DNA from: Thermoproteota archaeon | Lineage (GTDB): Archaea > Thermoproteota > Nitrososphaeria > Nitrososphaerales > UBA57 | Direction of reading: 5' to 3' | DNA: 64,000 bases | Assembly: GCA_036422215.1 (NCBI GenBank) | Contig: JAYZAG010000008.1 | Location: 2,842 to 66,841, forward strand | Part shown: piece after piece, positions 37,781 through 46,785 of the stretch | Position numbering within the stretch: the first letter of the stretch is position 1 | Layout of the letters: every line of letters begins with the position of its first letter | Made by a program: the position numbers and the translations under genes | The notes under the pieces: generated by a model | The model's input: the letters and a program-made list of their open reading frames with translations, nothing else | The model's database searches: none | What the model was told of the DNA's origin: nothing

Positions 37781-38893
37781 TTATTGCGCTACTCCCACAG
37801 TATTTCCTACTCCTACAATTATTACTGTATCGCCTTCTTTTGTTCTTTCATTAATGACTCTATTTAGTGATTCGTTTACTTTATCTTTTGATTCTGCTAT
37901 TTCTTTTCTCATTGCAGATATTGCATCCAGGATTGATTGTTTAATTACTATTGCATAAATTGGAATCGAATTATTAACTGCAACTTCTTCTATTTTGAAT
38001 CTGTCTACTCCTATTCCTCCAATTGCTGCACCTATTCCTTCTGCAATTTCACCAGTCTTTTCACCCTCTAATTTTAGCGCTGCATCTATCATTATTATTG
38101 CATTTGGCTTTATTTTCATCTCTTCTACAAGCTTTTTCATTGCTGTTCCTGGTTGTCCAACATTTGCTTCTGGACCTTTTGCAGTCATAAAGTATGCATT
38201 TCTTCCATTTATTTTACCTTCACTATATACGGTATCTTTTGCTATTGTTTTCTTTTCATGTTCTAACATCAAATTTCCAACAACCATTGGTCCTATTCCA
38301 TCACCTATTGGCTGTGAATTTTTAAATGCTTTCATTGCACCATTTAATGCTTCTGCTTCACTTAAAATCATGGGCATTATCATTTGTAATTGTGCCAAAA
38401 CAAACATCGACGTGGTCTTTTTACCGACTAGGTAGAAATGCCTCACAATTTTATAAATCATATTGAAAGATGCTGCTATTTCTACAACTCCTTCCATGCT
38501 ACTACTTTTCACACTATCAACATCAGGTGCTAATTTTTCTATTTCGTTTCGCATTCGTTCATCTCTTAGAACCATTACATGTTCTACTTTGTTTATTATT
38601 CCAGCTGGGTCCATATCGACCGGCATTATAGTAAAATATTCAAATATTTGATCTAACTTTGACGTTAATTCGTCACTTTTTTTCCCATTTGACACATATT
38701 CTATTGCATCCTCTCTACTTTTTTCTTTCATAACTTTTAATTTTCCAACAGCTCTTGAAACATCATTTAGGATCATCCATGTCTGAAGTCTTTGTCCATA
38801 TAGTATCAAAAGCGCTAATGGAAGATACATTATTATTAGGCTTATAATCGGATTACTTGAAATTGGATTTTCTGCACCTAGAAGCTGAAGCAT
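37781..38893 (-). CDS. archaeal membrane-associated protein, DUF1512-like (recalled family, unverified)
   Basis: 370 aa with an N-terminal TM segment and then a soluble domain. The family assignment is from memory of length and architecture only. Confidence 0.5.
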   Translation of the reverse strand: MLQLLGAENPISSNPIISLIIMYLPLALLILYGQRLQTWMILNDVSRAVGKLKVMKEKSREDAIEYVSNGKKSDELTSKLDQIFEYFTIMPVDMDPAGIINKVEHVMVLRDERMRNEIEKLAPDVDSVKSSSMEGVVEIAASFNMIYKIVRHFYLVGKKTTSMFVLAQLQMIMPMILSEAEALNGAMKAFKNSQPIGDGIGPMVVGNLMLEHEKKTIAKDTVYSEGKINGRNAYFMTAKGPEANVGQPGTAMKKLVEEMKIKPNAIIMIDAALKLEGEKTGEIAEGIGAAIGGIGVDRFKIEEVAVNNSIPIYAIVIKQSILDAISAMRKEIAESKDKVNESLNRVINERTKEGDTVIIVGVGNTVGVAQ

Positions 38894-38960
38894 GATATAT
38901 GTCTCATATACCTTTTTTTGTCTTTATAAGAAGTACTGCAATTCTCAATTATAGTTTAAA

Positions 38961-39075
38961 TACCGGCACCACTGCTTCACGAGACCTCTCGGACCTCACT
39001 AACACAGTAGCGTGACAAGGCTTAACTTCTGGGTTCAGATGGGACCAGGTGTGCCCTTGCCCTATGGCCGGCTGT
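38961..39075 (-). rRNA. rrf: 5S ribosomal RNA
   Basis: The reverse complement reads GCCGGCCATAGGGCAAGGGCACACCTGGTCCCATCTGAACCCAGAAGTTAAGCCTTGTCACGC...GTGGTGCCGGT. It shows helix I closure GCCGGC/GCCGGT and the conserved GAACCC.GAAGTTAAGC segment. Ends are good to about 5 nt. Confidence 0.85.
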
Positions 39076-39210
39076 AAGCGTATCTATAATCTTCTCATAA
39101 ATTAATATTACTGCGTTTCGTTCATGATTGCTAGATTTATGATATTTCTATAATTATGCGATATTCTCATTTTTTCCAGTTTTTCTTTTAAAACTCAATC
39201 TTCCTGAATA

Positions 39211-39939
39211 TTAAATTGCATTAAATTTATGTTTGGATACAAAATAATTATCTTTGAGATAAAATCTCCATTGTTTTTTAGTTGCTAACATGCTTTTGGA
39301 TAACGAATTATTGCAAATACGGCATAATATTTTCGATTTTGGTTTATTTTCAACCATTTTTTCATCAATAATTAATTTGGAATTGCATTTTGGGCAGAAA
39401 TCTGATATTCCAATTCTTGGAGATGTTGATATCTTTTCTATTTCTGATTTTCCATTTGCAATATATAGTTCTCCTTTTTTGGTCAGATCTTTTCCATTTA
39501 ATTTCTTATCAATTATCAGAGCCTGTGTAAGTTTTCCTGGACCACTTGTTAGTTCTGTTTCCTTTATGACTTTTCTATTTATTTTCATCTGTTCTATTCC
39601 AATTATTGGTTCTACTGCTCGTACAAGTACTGCCCCTGCATCTTCTTCCTGCTCTTTTGCTACTATGTTGAACATGAAATACATTCCATATGAAAGATAA
39701 ACATATGAGACTCCATTTTTCCCAAACATATTCTTGTTTCTTTTTGTTCTGTGTTTCCATGCATGACTAGCTCTGTCCTTTATTCCTGATGTATATGCTT
39801 CTACTTCAACAATTTGACTTAACATATGGCCATTATTTACATCACGGACAATAATTTTTCCAAGTAATTCTTTCGCTACTTTGATTGTATTTCTGTTGTA
39901 AAATTCTCTCTCAAGTGGGCTTGGATCTTTGAATGACAT
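39211..39939 (-). CDS. mpg: 3-methyladenine DNA glycosylase (Mpg/AAG family) with an inserted Zn-ribbon
   Basis: EVEAYTSGIKDRASHAW..T.RN..MFG..G..YVYLSYGMYFMFN, GPGKLTQAL, SPRIGIS ... WRFYLKDNYFVS. A 38-aa CPKC...CRIC insert lies between RIGIS and WRF. Confidence 0.85.
   Translation of the reverse strand: MSFKDPSPLEREFYNRNTIKVAKELLGKIIVRDVNNGHMLSQIVEVEAYTSGIKDRASHAWKHRTKRNKNMFGKNGVSYVYLSYGMYFMFNIVAKEQEEDAGAVLVRAVEPIIGIEQMKINRKVIKETELTSGPGKLTQALIIDKKLNGKDLTKKGELYIANGKSEIEKISTSPRIGISDFCPKCNSKLIIDEKMVENKPKSKILCRICNNSLSKSMLATKKQWRFYLKDNYFVSKHKFNAI
39289..39402 (-). repeat. copy 2 of the dispersed Zn-ribbon-coding module (inside mpg)
   Basis: Encodes DFCPKCNSKLIIDEKMVENKPKSKILCRICNNSLSKSM. See the alignment to 24693-24806. 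Confidence 0.7.
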
Positions 39940-40010
39940 TCAAATAATATTATAATAGTTAATTAAAAAAAGATCATTTTTTATGTTTCGTTTATTAGAT
40001 GTAATTATAT

Positions 40011-40148
40011 GGGGACGTAGCCTAGCTCGGTTATGGCGTCGGGCTCCAGAAGCTCTGGCTTTAGACCTTTTGGTAACTGACTAACGGATGATGTAGTTTT
40101 GGAGCTGCCGTGACCCGGAGATCGTGGGTTCAAATCCTGCCGTCCCCA
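40011..40148 (+). tRNA. tRNA-Trp (anticodon CCA) with a 63-nt intron at the canonical 37/38 position (about 40050-40112)
   Basis: Acceptor GGGGACG/CGTCCCC+A, anticodon stem TCGGG/CCCGG flanking CTCCAG[intron]A, T arm GTGGG-TTCAAAT-CCTGC. The mature length is 75 nt. Confidence 0.88.
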
Positions 40149-40210
40149 TTTTCAATATTCGAAAAAATTTTTATTTAATTGGTGATCTTAAGTATATTTG
40201 ATTACTGTTA

Positions 40211-41464
40211 TTGAATCCACTATCAATTCTTCAATATTCTGTTAAAGCAATACGAGAAAGGAAACTTCGTTCAGGTCTGACTATCTTGATGGTGTTATTG
40301 GGTGCTATGCTTTTAACAGGATTAAATGGATTGGGCCAAGGATTTTCTTATAATATTGATCAAGAATTTTCTGCTCTTGCTCCTGATGTATTAACAATAA
40401 CTCCTTCTCCACTTATTGGCGGTCCTGGAGAAGATCCAAATGAAGTAATACAAGAACCTCCCGTAAAATTGAATGATAGAACTCTGAAGGCACTTGGGTC
40501 TATTGAGGGTGTGGAAAAAGTAATACCGAGTTTTCGGTCAGGTGTTAACCTTGCTAAAGCCGGTAAATCGCAACAAACATCACTTATTGGAATAGCTCCT
40601 AAAAGCCTTCCGTATGTTTTGCCTGGTATGAAATTTCTTGATGGCGGTTTTCAAGCAGATCGTGATATGACCGGAATGTTGTTAGGCTATACAGTCGCTT
40701 TTCCTGGAGGTGAAACTCAAGATGCCTTTGCTTCTGTTGGTGATATGGTATGTGCTAACATAAGTCAAGTGGAAGAAATTGGAGGCATTGAAAGAGCCGT
40801 ATATAATAAAAAATGCTTTGTTGTACGTGGCATTCTAGATGAAACCGGAAATATATTCTATGATCAATCTGTTTCCATATCTCTACAATCTGCAAATTCA
40901 TATATGGATAAGGGATTTGAATACGATCAAATTTTTGTCGTTTCAGAAGATGATGACTTGAATGATTTCATCGAAGAAGACATCCGAGAAATTTATGGCG
41001 ATGCAATTGGAGTAACCACTCCTGCACAATTACGGGAAACAATTCAAGGCTTTGTACAAAGTTTCAATGTGTTTTTGTCTAGTATAGGATTTATTTCACT
41101 ACTTGTAGGAGGTGTTGGAATTATTACTACATTATACACATCAGTTACTGAAAGGACAAAAGAATTGGGTACCTTGAAGGCTATTGGTGCTAGTAATTCT
41201 AATATTATACTCTTGATTCTTTTTGAAGCACTAATAATTGGTGTTATTGGAGCGAGTTTAGGGCTTGGAGCAGGTTATGGATTAGGCTGGGTTCTAACAC
41301 AGTATGGTTTTGGTGCTCAGTTTGGCGATCTTATACCCATATTCTTGGTAAGGGATCTCATCAATGTCTGGCTTACTGCATTCATACTTAGTATTGTTTC
41401 AGGTGTTTATCCTGCATGGAGAGCATCTAAAATGACTCCTATGGAAGCACTAAGAAGAGATTAG
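40211..41464 (+). CDS. ABC transporter permease, MacB/FtsX family
   Basis: One N-terminal TM segment, a roughly 250-aa extracytoplasmic domain, and a C-terminal FtsX-type three-TM bundle (ERTKELGTLKAIGAS). TTG start. No adjacent ATPase. Confidence 0.85.
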   Translation: MNPLSILQYSVKAIRERKLRSGLTILMVLLGAMLLTGLNGLGQGFSYNIDQEFSALAPDVLTITPSPLIGGPGEDPNEVIQEPPVKLNDRTLKALGSIEGVEKVIPSFRSGVNLAKAGKSQQTSLIGIAPKSLPYVLPGMKFLDGGFQADRDMTGMLLGYTVAFPGGETQDAFASVGDMVCANISQVEEIGGIERAVYNKKCFVVRGILDETGNIFYDQSVSISLQSANSYMDKGFEYDQIFVVSEDDDLNDFIEEDIREIYGDAIGVTTPAQLRETIQGFVQSFNVFLSSIGFISLLVGGVGIITTLYTSVTERTKELGTLKAIGASNSNIILLILFEALIIGVIGASLGLGAGYGLGWVLTQYGFGAQFGDLIPIFLVRDLINVWLTAFILSIVSGVYPAWRASKMTPMEALRRD

Positions 41465-41467
41465 CTT

Positions 41468-41851
41468 TTGAAACCTAACAATTCATTAAAAATTGTTAGT
41501 TATTACCAACTTATTGTAGGATTATTAATTCTAGTTTATTGGATATTGTTTATAATAAATAATTCAAATTATTCAATTCCTTTTATTTCTCATCTGGTTG
41601 CTGAATTGCTAACTTCGTTTGCTTTACTAGTTTCGTCTTATGGCATATTCAAGAAAAAATCTTGGTCTATTAATTCTACATTAATTTCATGTGGCATGTT
41701 ATTATATGCATTAATCAATATATTGGGAATATACATTGACACGTCTAATACGTTGATGTCATTATCCATTTCTCTTGGAATTGTTTCTGTGATAGGGATT
41801 TTGTACATTGTTTTATTTTCTGATTTAAAACTAAAAAATGATGCAGTGTAA
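41468..41851 (+). CDS. small four-TM membrane protein, hypothetical
   Basis: 127-aa hydrophobic ORF, 3 nt after the permease stop. Confidence 0.5.
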   Translation: MKPNNSLKIVSYYQLIVGLLILVYWILFIINNSNYSIPFISHLVAELLTSFALLVSSYGIFKKKSWSINSTLISCGMLLYALINILGIYIDTSNTLMSLSISLGIVSVIGILYIVLFSDLKLKNDAV

Positions 41852-41859
41852 TAATATAT

Positions 41860-44800
41860 GTGCGCCATTTAGTTTATTGTTCAGTACTATTACTTCTTTT
41901 ATCATTTAATCCAGTTTTTGCCATTGATGAGAATTCATCTATAAACATACTTCCAGATGTACCTTATTATAATGATTGTATTGACTCGGAACAACTTTTT
42001 GTATTACACCTAAAAAATAGACATCTTGAAAATCTATACTTGTTACAACAAAATAACGTAACCATCTATAAAATTATAAACAATATGGCTCAAGTCTCAA
42101 CTCATTGTGATAATTTACATTTTATAAATAATCTGGAATTTGTAGACCATATTCGTCGCCCTTCTCACCCAACTACTTCTGAATACACAATTGAATCTCT
42201 TGACAGATTGCGAATACCTGAAGTGCATAATGCAGGATTAAAAGGTAAAGATATCAAAGTTGTTGTTATTGATACAGGATTTGCGCCTAGTAATTCGGAA
42301 ATATCAGATAATGTGATAATGTCAAGATCTTTCTGTAGTATTCCTCAATATTGTCCTCGACCACCAGCTCCAAAACATGGAACTGCAGTCGCTGAAATAA
42401 TTGTCGACATTGCACCTGAGGCTGATCTATATTTGTTTGATGTTGGTTTTGCTATTGATACCGTTGATGCTATAAAATATGCTTCCGAAGTAATTGACGC
42501 AGATATTATTTCTATATCTCTTGGCTTTAATGCACAACCAACTGATGGTACAGGTATTATTGATCAAGCTATTGATGATGCAAGGAGTTTGGGAACATTA
42601 ACTATACTTGCTGCAGGAAATGATGGTCAGCAACATTTTTCACAGACATTTAGAAATTCTGAAAACAATTGGCATCGATTTGATACAGGAGATTCTCTTG
42701 ATCAACGATTTGAATTTGAAGTGGAAAGTAATGGGGGTTATGTTATTCTGAGTTGGTATGACGGAGGATACGAAAATTCTATTAATAGTCGTCAAGATCT
42801 TGATTTATATCTTTATCGTAAATATTCTGATGGTTCAACTCAATTAGTAGAGTCATCTAAGGATAGACAAGCTTGGCGTGTCGAATTGCCTTATGAAGCT
42901 GTTAGTATTAAATCAACTGGGAGTTATTTCATTTCAATACGCAATTATTCTCTCACAAAAGAAATTGATTTTCGATTACTATGGAGATGTCTTTGCACTC
43001 CTGAATCTTATACTCCTTCAGGCAGTGTTGGATCTCCTGCCAGTTCAAAGGGTGGACTTGCTGTAGGTGCCATTGCATGGAATGAAAATACTATTACATC
43101 ATATAGTTCACAAGGACCTACTCAAGATGGAAGAATTAAACCTGATGTTGTTGCTCCATCTCACGTTTCAACATCTATATATGGCCAGATTAGTTGGGCA
43201 AATGAAGGTTTTAGTGGCACTTCTGCATCGGCTCCTCATGTTGCAGGTGTAGCTGCTTTAATAAAAAGTGCCAATCCTTCTCTTGATGCTGATGATTTGT
43301 TTAAAATTATTACATCTTCCGCAATTGGAGATTTTGGAATTCCTGGAAAAGATAATGTCTATGGTTCAGGATTGATTCAATCTGCTATGACTATTATTGA
43401 TGTCTCCCCAAGAAACTCATCCATAACTGTTGATGGAGTTTCCTACTCATCTGATCAACTCCCTATTGTAAAGGCCTGGCCATCTGGTTCTTGGCACAAT
43501 CTTGTCGTTACAGATGAAGAATGCATATCGTATGACATGCACCTACTAGATTCAGACTTCAGCCCATTCACGTGTTCTTCTATGATTGATTTTAATTCTT
43601 GGCAATCTTCAACATCATCCCTTGCTCCAATTTTTTCGAGTTCGAATGCTTTTCTCTTCGATGGCGGTATTGATGTAATTAACGCCACATATGATTATTC
43701 TCATAGACTTGTTGTTATGTCTGACTATGGACGATTAAAAGCGAAAATTGCATGCGATGAATGTGCAGAATTTGGATTAGGACGGTGGATATCTAATGAA
43801 TGGTATAAAGATTCGGAAGTCACAACACTGACTTTTCAGGATCGTTTTCAATTAGAATATCCAAGCACTGAGCTAGTAGGAATTGATTATCAAAACGACA
43901 CACGTAGAGTTCTTGATGGTTGGTATATTGATGACAATTTGGTGTCTAAGGAGTATGAAATAAACTTCACAGTTTCTGCGCCTCAGGTAATTGATGTTTA
44001 TTGGGATAAGGAATATTCTCTCTCAATAGGCGGTAATGCCACTAGTTCATCTTTTTCGGAGATGTGGTTATCTGCTAATGATGATTACACTTTGTCATTC
44101 GAAAATGTAATTTATGAGAATGAATTCACACGATCTAATTTAATTTCATATGTTCTTATTCACGATCTTCATAATCTAAATAATCGCCAAGAAACGATTA
44201 ATTATGTAACTAGAACTGCTGATGATTATTTTATGTTAAATATATTCATGGACAATCCCAAATCATTTGTAGGATATTATAAACTTCAACATAAATTCGA
44301 TATAAATAGCGAATCTATCAGCTCTTCCACTCATCAATCTATTTCTGATCAGATAAAATCTCTGTCTCCTACTGATGATTTCTATATTGATCCAAATACT
44401 GAATTTGTAGTTGATATTGATTATATTTCGGATAATTCTGAGAGCTCAAGGAAAAGAATATCGAGTGCTAGTGTAAATACAAATGGAATTGATTATATAC
44501 TGAACCCTGATCAATATCCAACAATTTTTCTACTAACTGAAAATAGAGTTAGCATTCCATTCTTAATGTCTTCTCCGCAATTTCTTGAACTATTTTCTGT
44601 TAATGACTATTATGTATCACTTGACAGTATTTTTTCAACTACAGGAGAAGGATGGTATGAAGAAAATACAATTGCATCTATTTCCTTATCTGATGAGATC
44701 ATTCAAAATAATGATTTGGATAGATTCAAATGGATTAGCTGGAACAACATAAACTGTAATCAGCCATGTGATCTAACTAACAATGAAATTCAATTCCTCG

Positions 44801-45615
44801 TAAATTCTCCTGAAAGTATTTCTACTAATCATATAACACAATATTTCTTAGAGATCCTTCCATCTTATTCCTATTCAGGTGAAAACTTATGGCTTGATAA
44901 AGATTCTATTTTCACCTTTACAGTACCTGATGTAGTTGTTAATCATCAAAATAACACACGCCATGTGTTTACTAAATGGAGTAATGATGACACAAATGAA
45001 GAAATTTCTCTTAGAATAGATAGACCTCATGTAATTGATTCTTTGTGGAACACAGAACACCTTCTCACTTTACAATTCTTCGATTCTATTAATCGAGAAC
45101 TTGAACCATCAGTAGTTACCATGTCTTCACCTGATGGTGAACAACATACATTCGATCCTTTAATCGAAGAAAATAAAGTATGGCTACGTCCTGGAGAATG
45201 GAGTATTAATTCTATTATTTGGCAAGATGTAGATGTAAAAAGGAATATGAATCCTATAATCATCGACGAATCCCAGTCAATAGAATTGGCAGTCGATGTA
45301 CATGATTCTGTTATTGTACTAAAAGACTTGATTTTTCCATTATCTGATATACTTGTTGAAATTTCATTTGTAAATGGAACTGTTAAGGAATTCCTATCAG
45401 ATCAGGATGGTGAAATATCTCTAACTGGAGTACCTCTTGGTCAATATACAGGAAATGTTGATTATTTTCTTCAGTCCAAGTCTTTTGTTTATGATGAAAA
45501 ATTAGCTATTGATAATGTTACTGAACAAACATTTTTCGTTGGTAGTATATCTTCAATTATTTATTTTTCGATTTTTATACTAATTGGATTATTTGTTCGT
45601 AAATCTAGAACTTGA
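41860..45615 (+). CDS. giant subtilisin-like (S8) serine protease with long C-terminal extension and C-terminal TM anchor
   Basis: Signal peptide MRHLVYCSVLLLLLSFNPVFA. Catalytic triad contexts are VVVIDTGF, KHGTAVAE and GTSASAPHVAG. About 750 aa follow with no recognisable domain, then the hydrophobic FSIFILIGLF anchor plus RKSRT. Confidence 0.88.
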   Translation: MRHLVYCSVLLLLLSFNPVFAIDENSSINILPDVPYYNDCIDSEQLFVLHLKNRHLENLYLLQQNNVTIYKIINNMAQVSTHCDNLHFINNLEFVDHIRRPSHPTTSEYTIESLDRLRIPEVHNAGLKGKDIKVVVIDTGFAPSNSEISDNVIMSRSFCSIPQYCPRPPAPKHGTAVAEIIVDIAPEADLYLFDVGFAIDTVDAIKYASEVIDADIISISLGFNAQPTDGTGIIDQAIDDARSLGTLTILAAGNDGQQHFSQTFRNSENNWHRFDTGDSLDQRFEFEVESNGGYVILSWYDGGYENSINSRQDLDLYLYRKYSDGSTQLVESSKDRQAWRVELPYEAVSIKSTGSYFISIRNYSLTKEIDFRLLWRCLCTPESYTPSGSVGSPASSKGGLAVGAIAWNENTITSYSSQGPTQDGRIKPDVVAPSHVSTSIYGQISWANEGFSGTSASAPHVAGVAALIKSANPSLDADDLFKIITSSAIGDFGIPGKDNVYGSGLIQSAMTIIDVSPRNSSITVDGVSYSSDQLPIVKAWPSGSWHNLVVTDEECISYDMHLLDSDFSPFTCSSMIDFNSWQSSTSSLAPIFSSSNAFLFDGGIDVINATYDYSHRLVVMSDYGRLKAKIACDECAEFGLGRWISNEWYKDSEVTTLTFQDRFQLEYPSTELVGIDYQNDTRRVLDGWYIDDNLVSKEYEINFTVSAPQVIDVYWDKEYSLSIGGNATSSSFSEMWLSANDDYTLSFENVIYENEFTRSNLISYVLIHDLHNLNNRQETINYVTRTADDYFMLNIFMDNPKSFVGYYKLQHKFDINSESISSSTHQSISDQIKSLSPTDDFYIDPNTEFVVDIDYISDNSESSRKRISSASVNTNGIDYILNPDQYPTIFLLTENRVSIPFLMSSPQFLELFSVNDYYVSLDSIFSTTGEGWYEENTIASISLSDEIIQNNDLDRFKWISWNNINCNQPCDLTNNEIQFLVNSPESISTNHITQYFLEILPSYSYSGENLWLDKDSIFTFTVPDVVVNHQNNTRHVFTKWSNDDTNEEISLRIDRPHVIDSLWNTEHLLTLQFFDSINRELEPSVVTMSSPDGEQHTFDPLIEENKVWLRPGEWSINSIIWQDVDVKRNMNPIIIDESQSIELAVDVHDSVIVLKDLIFPLSDILVEISFVNGTVKEFLSDQDGEISLTGVPLGQYTGNVDYFLQSKSFVYDEKLAIDNVTEQTFFVGSISSIIYFSIFILIGLFVRKSRT

Positions 45616-45618
45616 TTT

Positions 45619-45954
45619 TTATTGTATTTTCTTTATTTGTGGTAATGCGTAGCAGAATCCTACATGAATACAATCTTTAGAATTATCATACATACATTTT
45701 AGCTCTTTTTGGTGAAGGTATACTTCTACAATTCTATCTAATTTTTTATCTTTCAGAATTGCACTATTTCCTTCTAATCCTATAATTTCTATTATTGGTG
45801 ATGTTTGGTTTATTTTTTCATCTGCTTCTATAAATCCAGATAAAACATTTGTAGTGTATGATGACACACTCTTTTTTTCCTTTTTTGCTTTTGATTTGAT
45901 CTTTTGATATACTTTTTCTGTAACCGTTAATGTCTTGAATCCTTTATCTGGCAT
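45619..45954 (-). CDS. hypothetical protein, possible ribbon-helix-helix N-terminus
   Basis: KTLTVTEKVYQKIKSKAKKEKKSVSSY resembles a CopG/RHH strand-helix start. This is weak evidence. Confidence 0.4.
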   Translation of the reverse strand: MPDKGFKTLTVTEKVYQKIKSKAKKEKKSVSSYTTNVLSGFIEADEKINQTSPIIEIIGLEGNSAILKDKKLDRIVEVYLHQKELKCMYDNSKDCIHVGFCYALPQIKKIQ

Positions 45955-45997
45955 ATGTCTTCCGTATATCTACGGAATTATAAAAACATTATCTTTT

Positions 45998-46528
45998 CTA
46001 TATGAATAAGGTTAGTGCTTTTGGCTCACTAGCCCATCCTAGAAATGCGGATGCACCTACAATATCATCTACTTCTGGTATGAAATCTTCTTCTTTAACA
46101 CCCATAAATCCCATTGTTGGTGAACATGCGTGCAATTTTGCGCCTCCTGCCTTTGCTTCTTTGATCATATCATAAATATTTGGCCAGAATTTAGCAATTT
46201 TACCTTTCATCATCTTTGTTGCTAGATCTGTCATTCCAGGCAAAACTCCTACTATGTTTGGCATTGGCATTCCTGTGTTTCCAACTGCTGGAATTTTTAC
46301 TTTATTGACACCTTTCTTTGTTAACACATTTAATCCCCAAAATGTAAAGTATAAATCTACTTTCATACCCATTGCTGCACCAGTAACTGCTAGAACTAAT
46401 GCTGGATATAACATGTCAACTGTACCTTTTGAAACTACTAGAACCAATCTATCTTTTGTGAGATTTTTTATCTCTTGGTTGTTTTCTATTTCTTTTTCTA
46501 TTTCTTGAGATAATGATGTCATTTTCAT
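45998..46528 (-). CDS. DsrE/DsrF-like family protein (COG2210-type)
   Basis: Has LVLVVSKGT.DMLYPALVLA and a conserved Cys in HACSPT. Overlaps the TusA-like gene by 4 nt. Confidence 0.65.
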   Translation of the reverse strand: MKMTSLSQEIEKEIENNQEIKNLTKDRLVLVVSKGTVDMLYPALVLAVTGAAMGMKVDLYFTFWGLNVLTKKGVNKVKIPAVGNTGMPMPNIVGVLPGMTDLATKMMKGKIAKFWPNIYDMIKEAKAGGAKLHACSPTMGFMGVKEEDFIPEVDDIVGASAFLGWASEPKALTLFI

Positions 46529-46764
46529 GCTTTCCTTATATGAAATGTAAATGTCTTTTCACTTTCATCAAATGTTTCTATTATATTGCCAGTGCTACGT
46601 GCCCAAGCTTTGAAATCTGCTTTTGAACCGGGGTCAGTAGTTGTTACTTTTAGAATCTGTCCTTGTGAGAGTTTAGATATTTCTTTAGCAGTGTTAATTA
46701 TTGGCATTGGACAAAGCAATCCTTTTTGATCCAGTACGTGATCTACTTGTATATTTTCGGTCAT
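46525..46764 (-). CDS. tusA: TusA/SirA-like sulfurtransferase
   Basis: GLLCPMPII Cys-Pro-x-Pro motif. 79 aa. Confidence 0.8.
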   Translation of the reverse strand: MTENIQVDHVLDQKGLLCPMPIINTAKEISKLSQGQILKVTTTDPGSKADFKAWARSTGNIIETFDESEKTFTFHIRKA

Positions 46765-46785
46765 TTCTTTCTCATTTTTTTCTTT

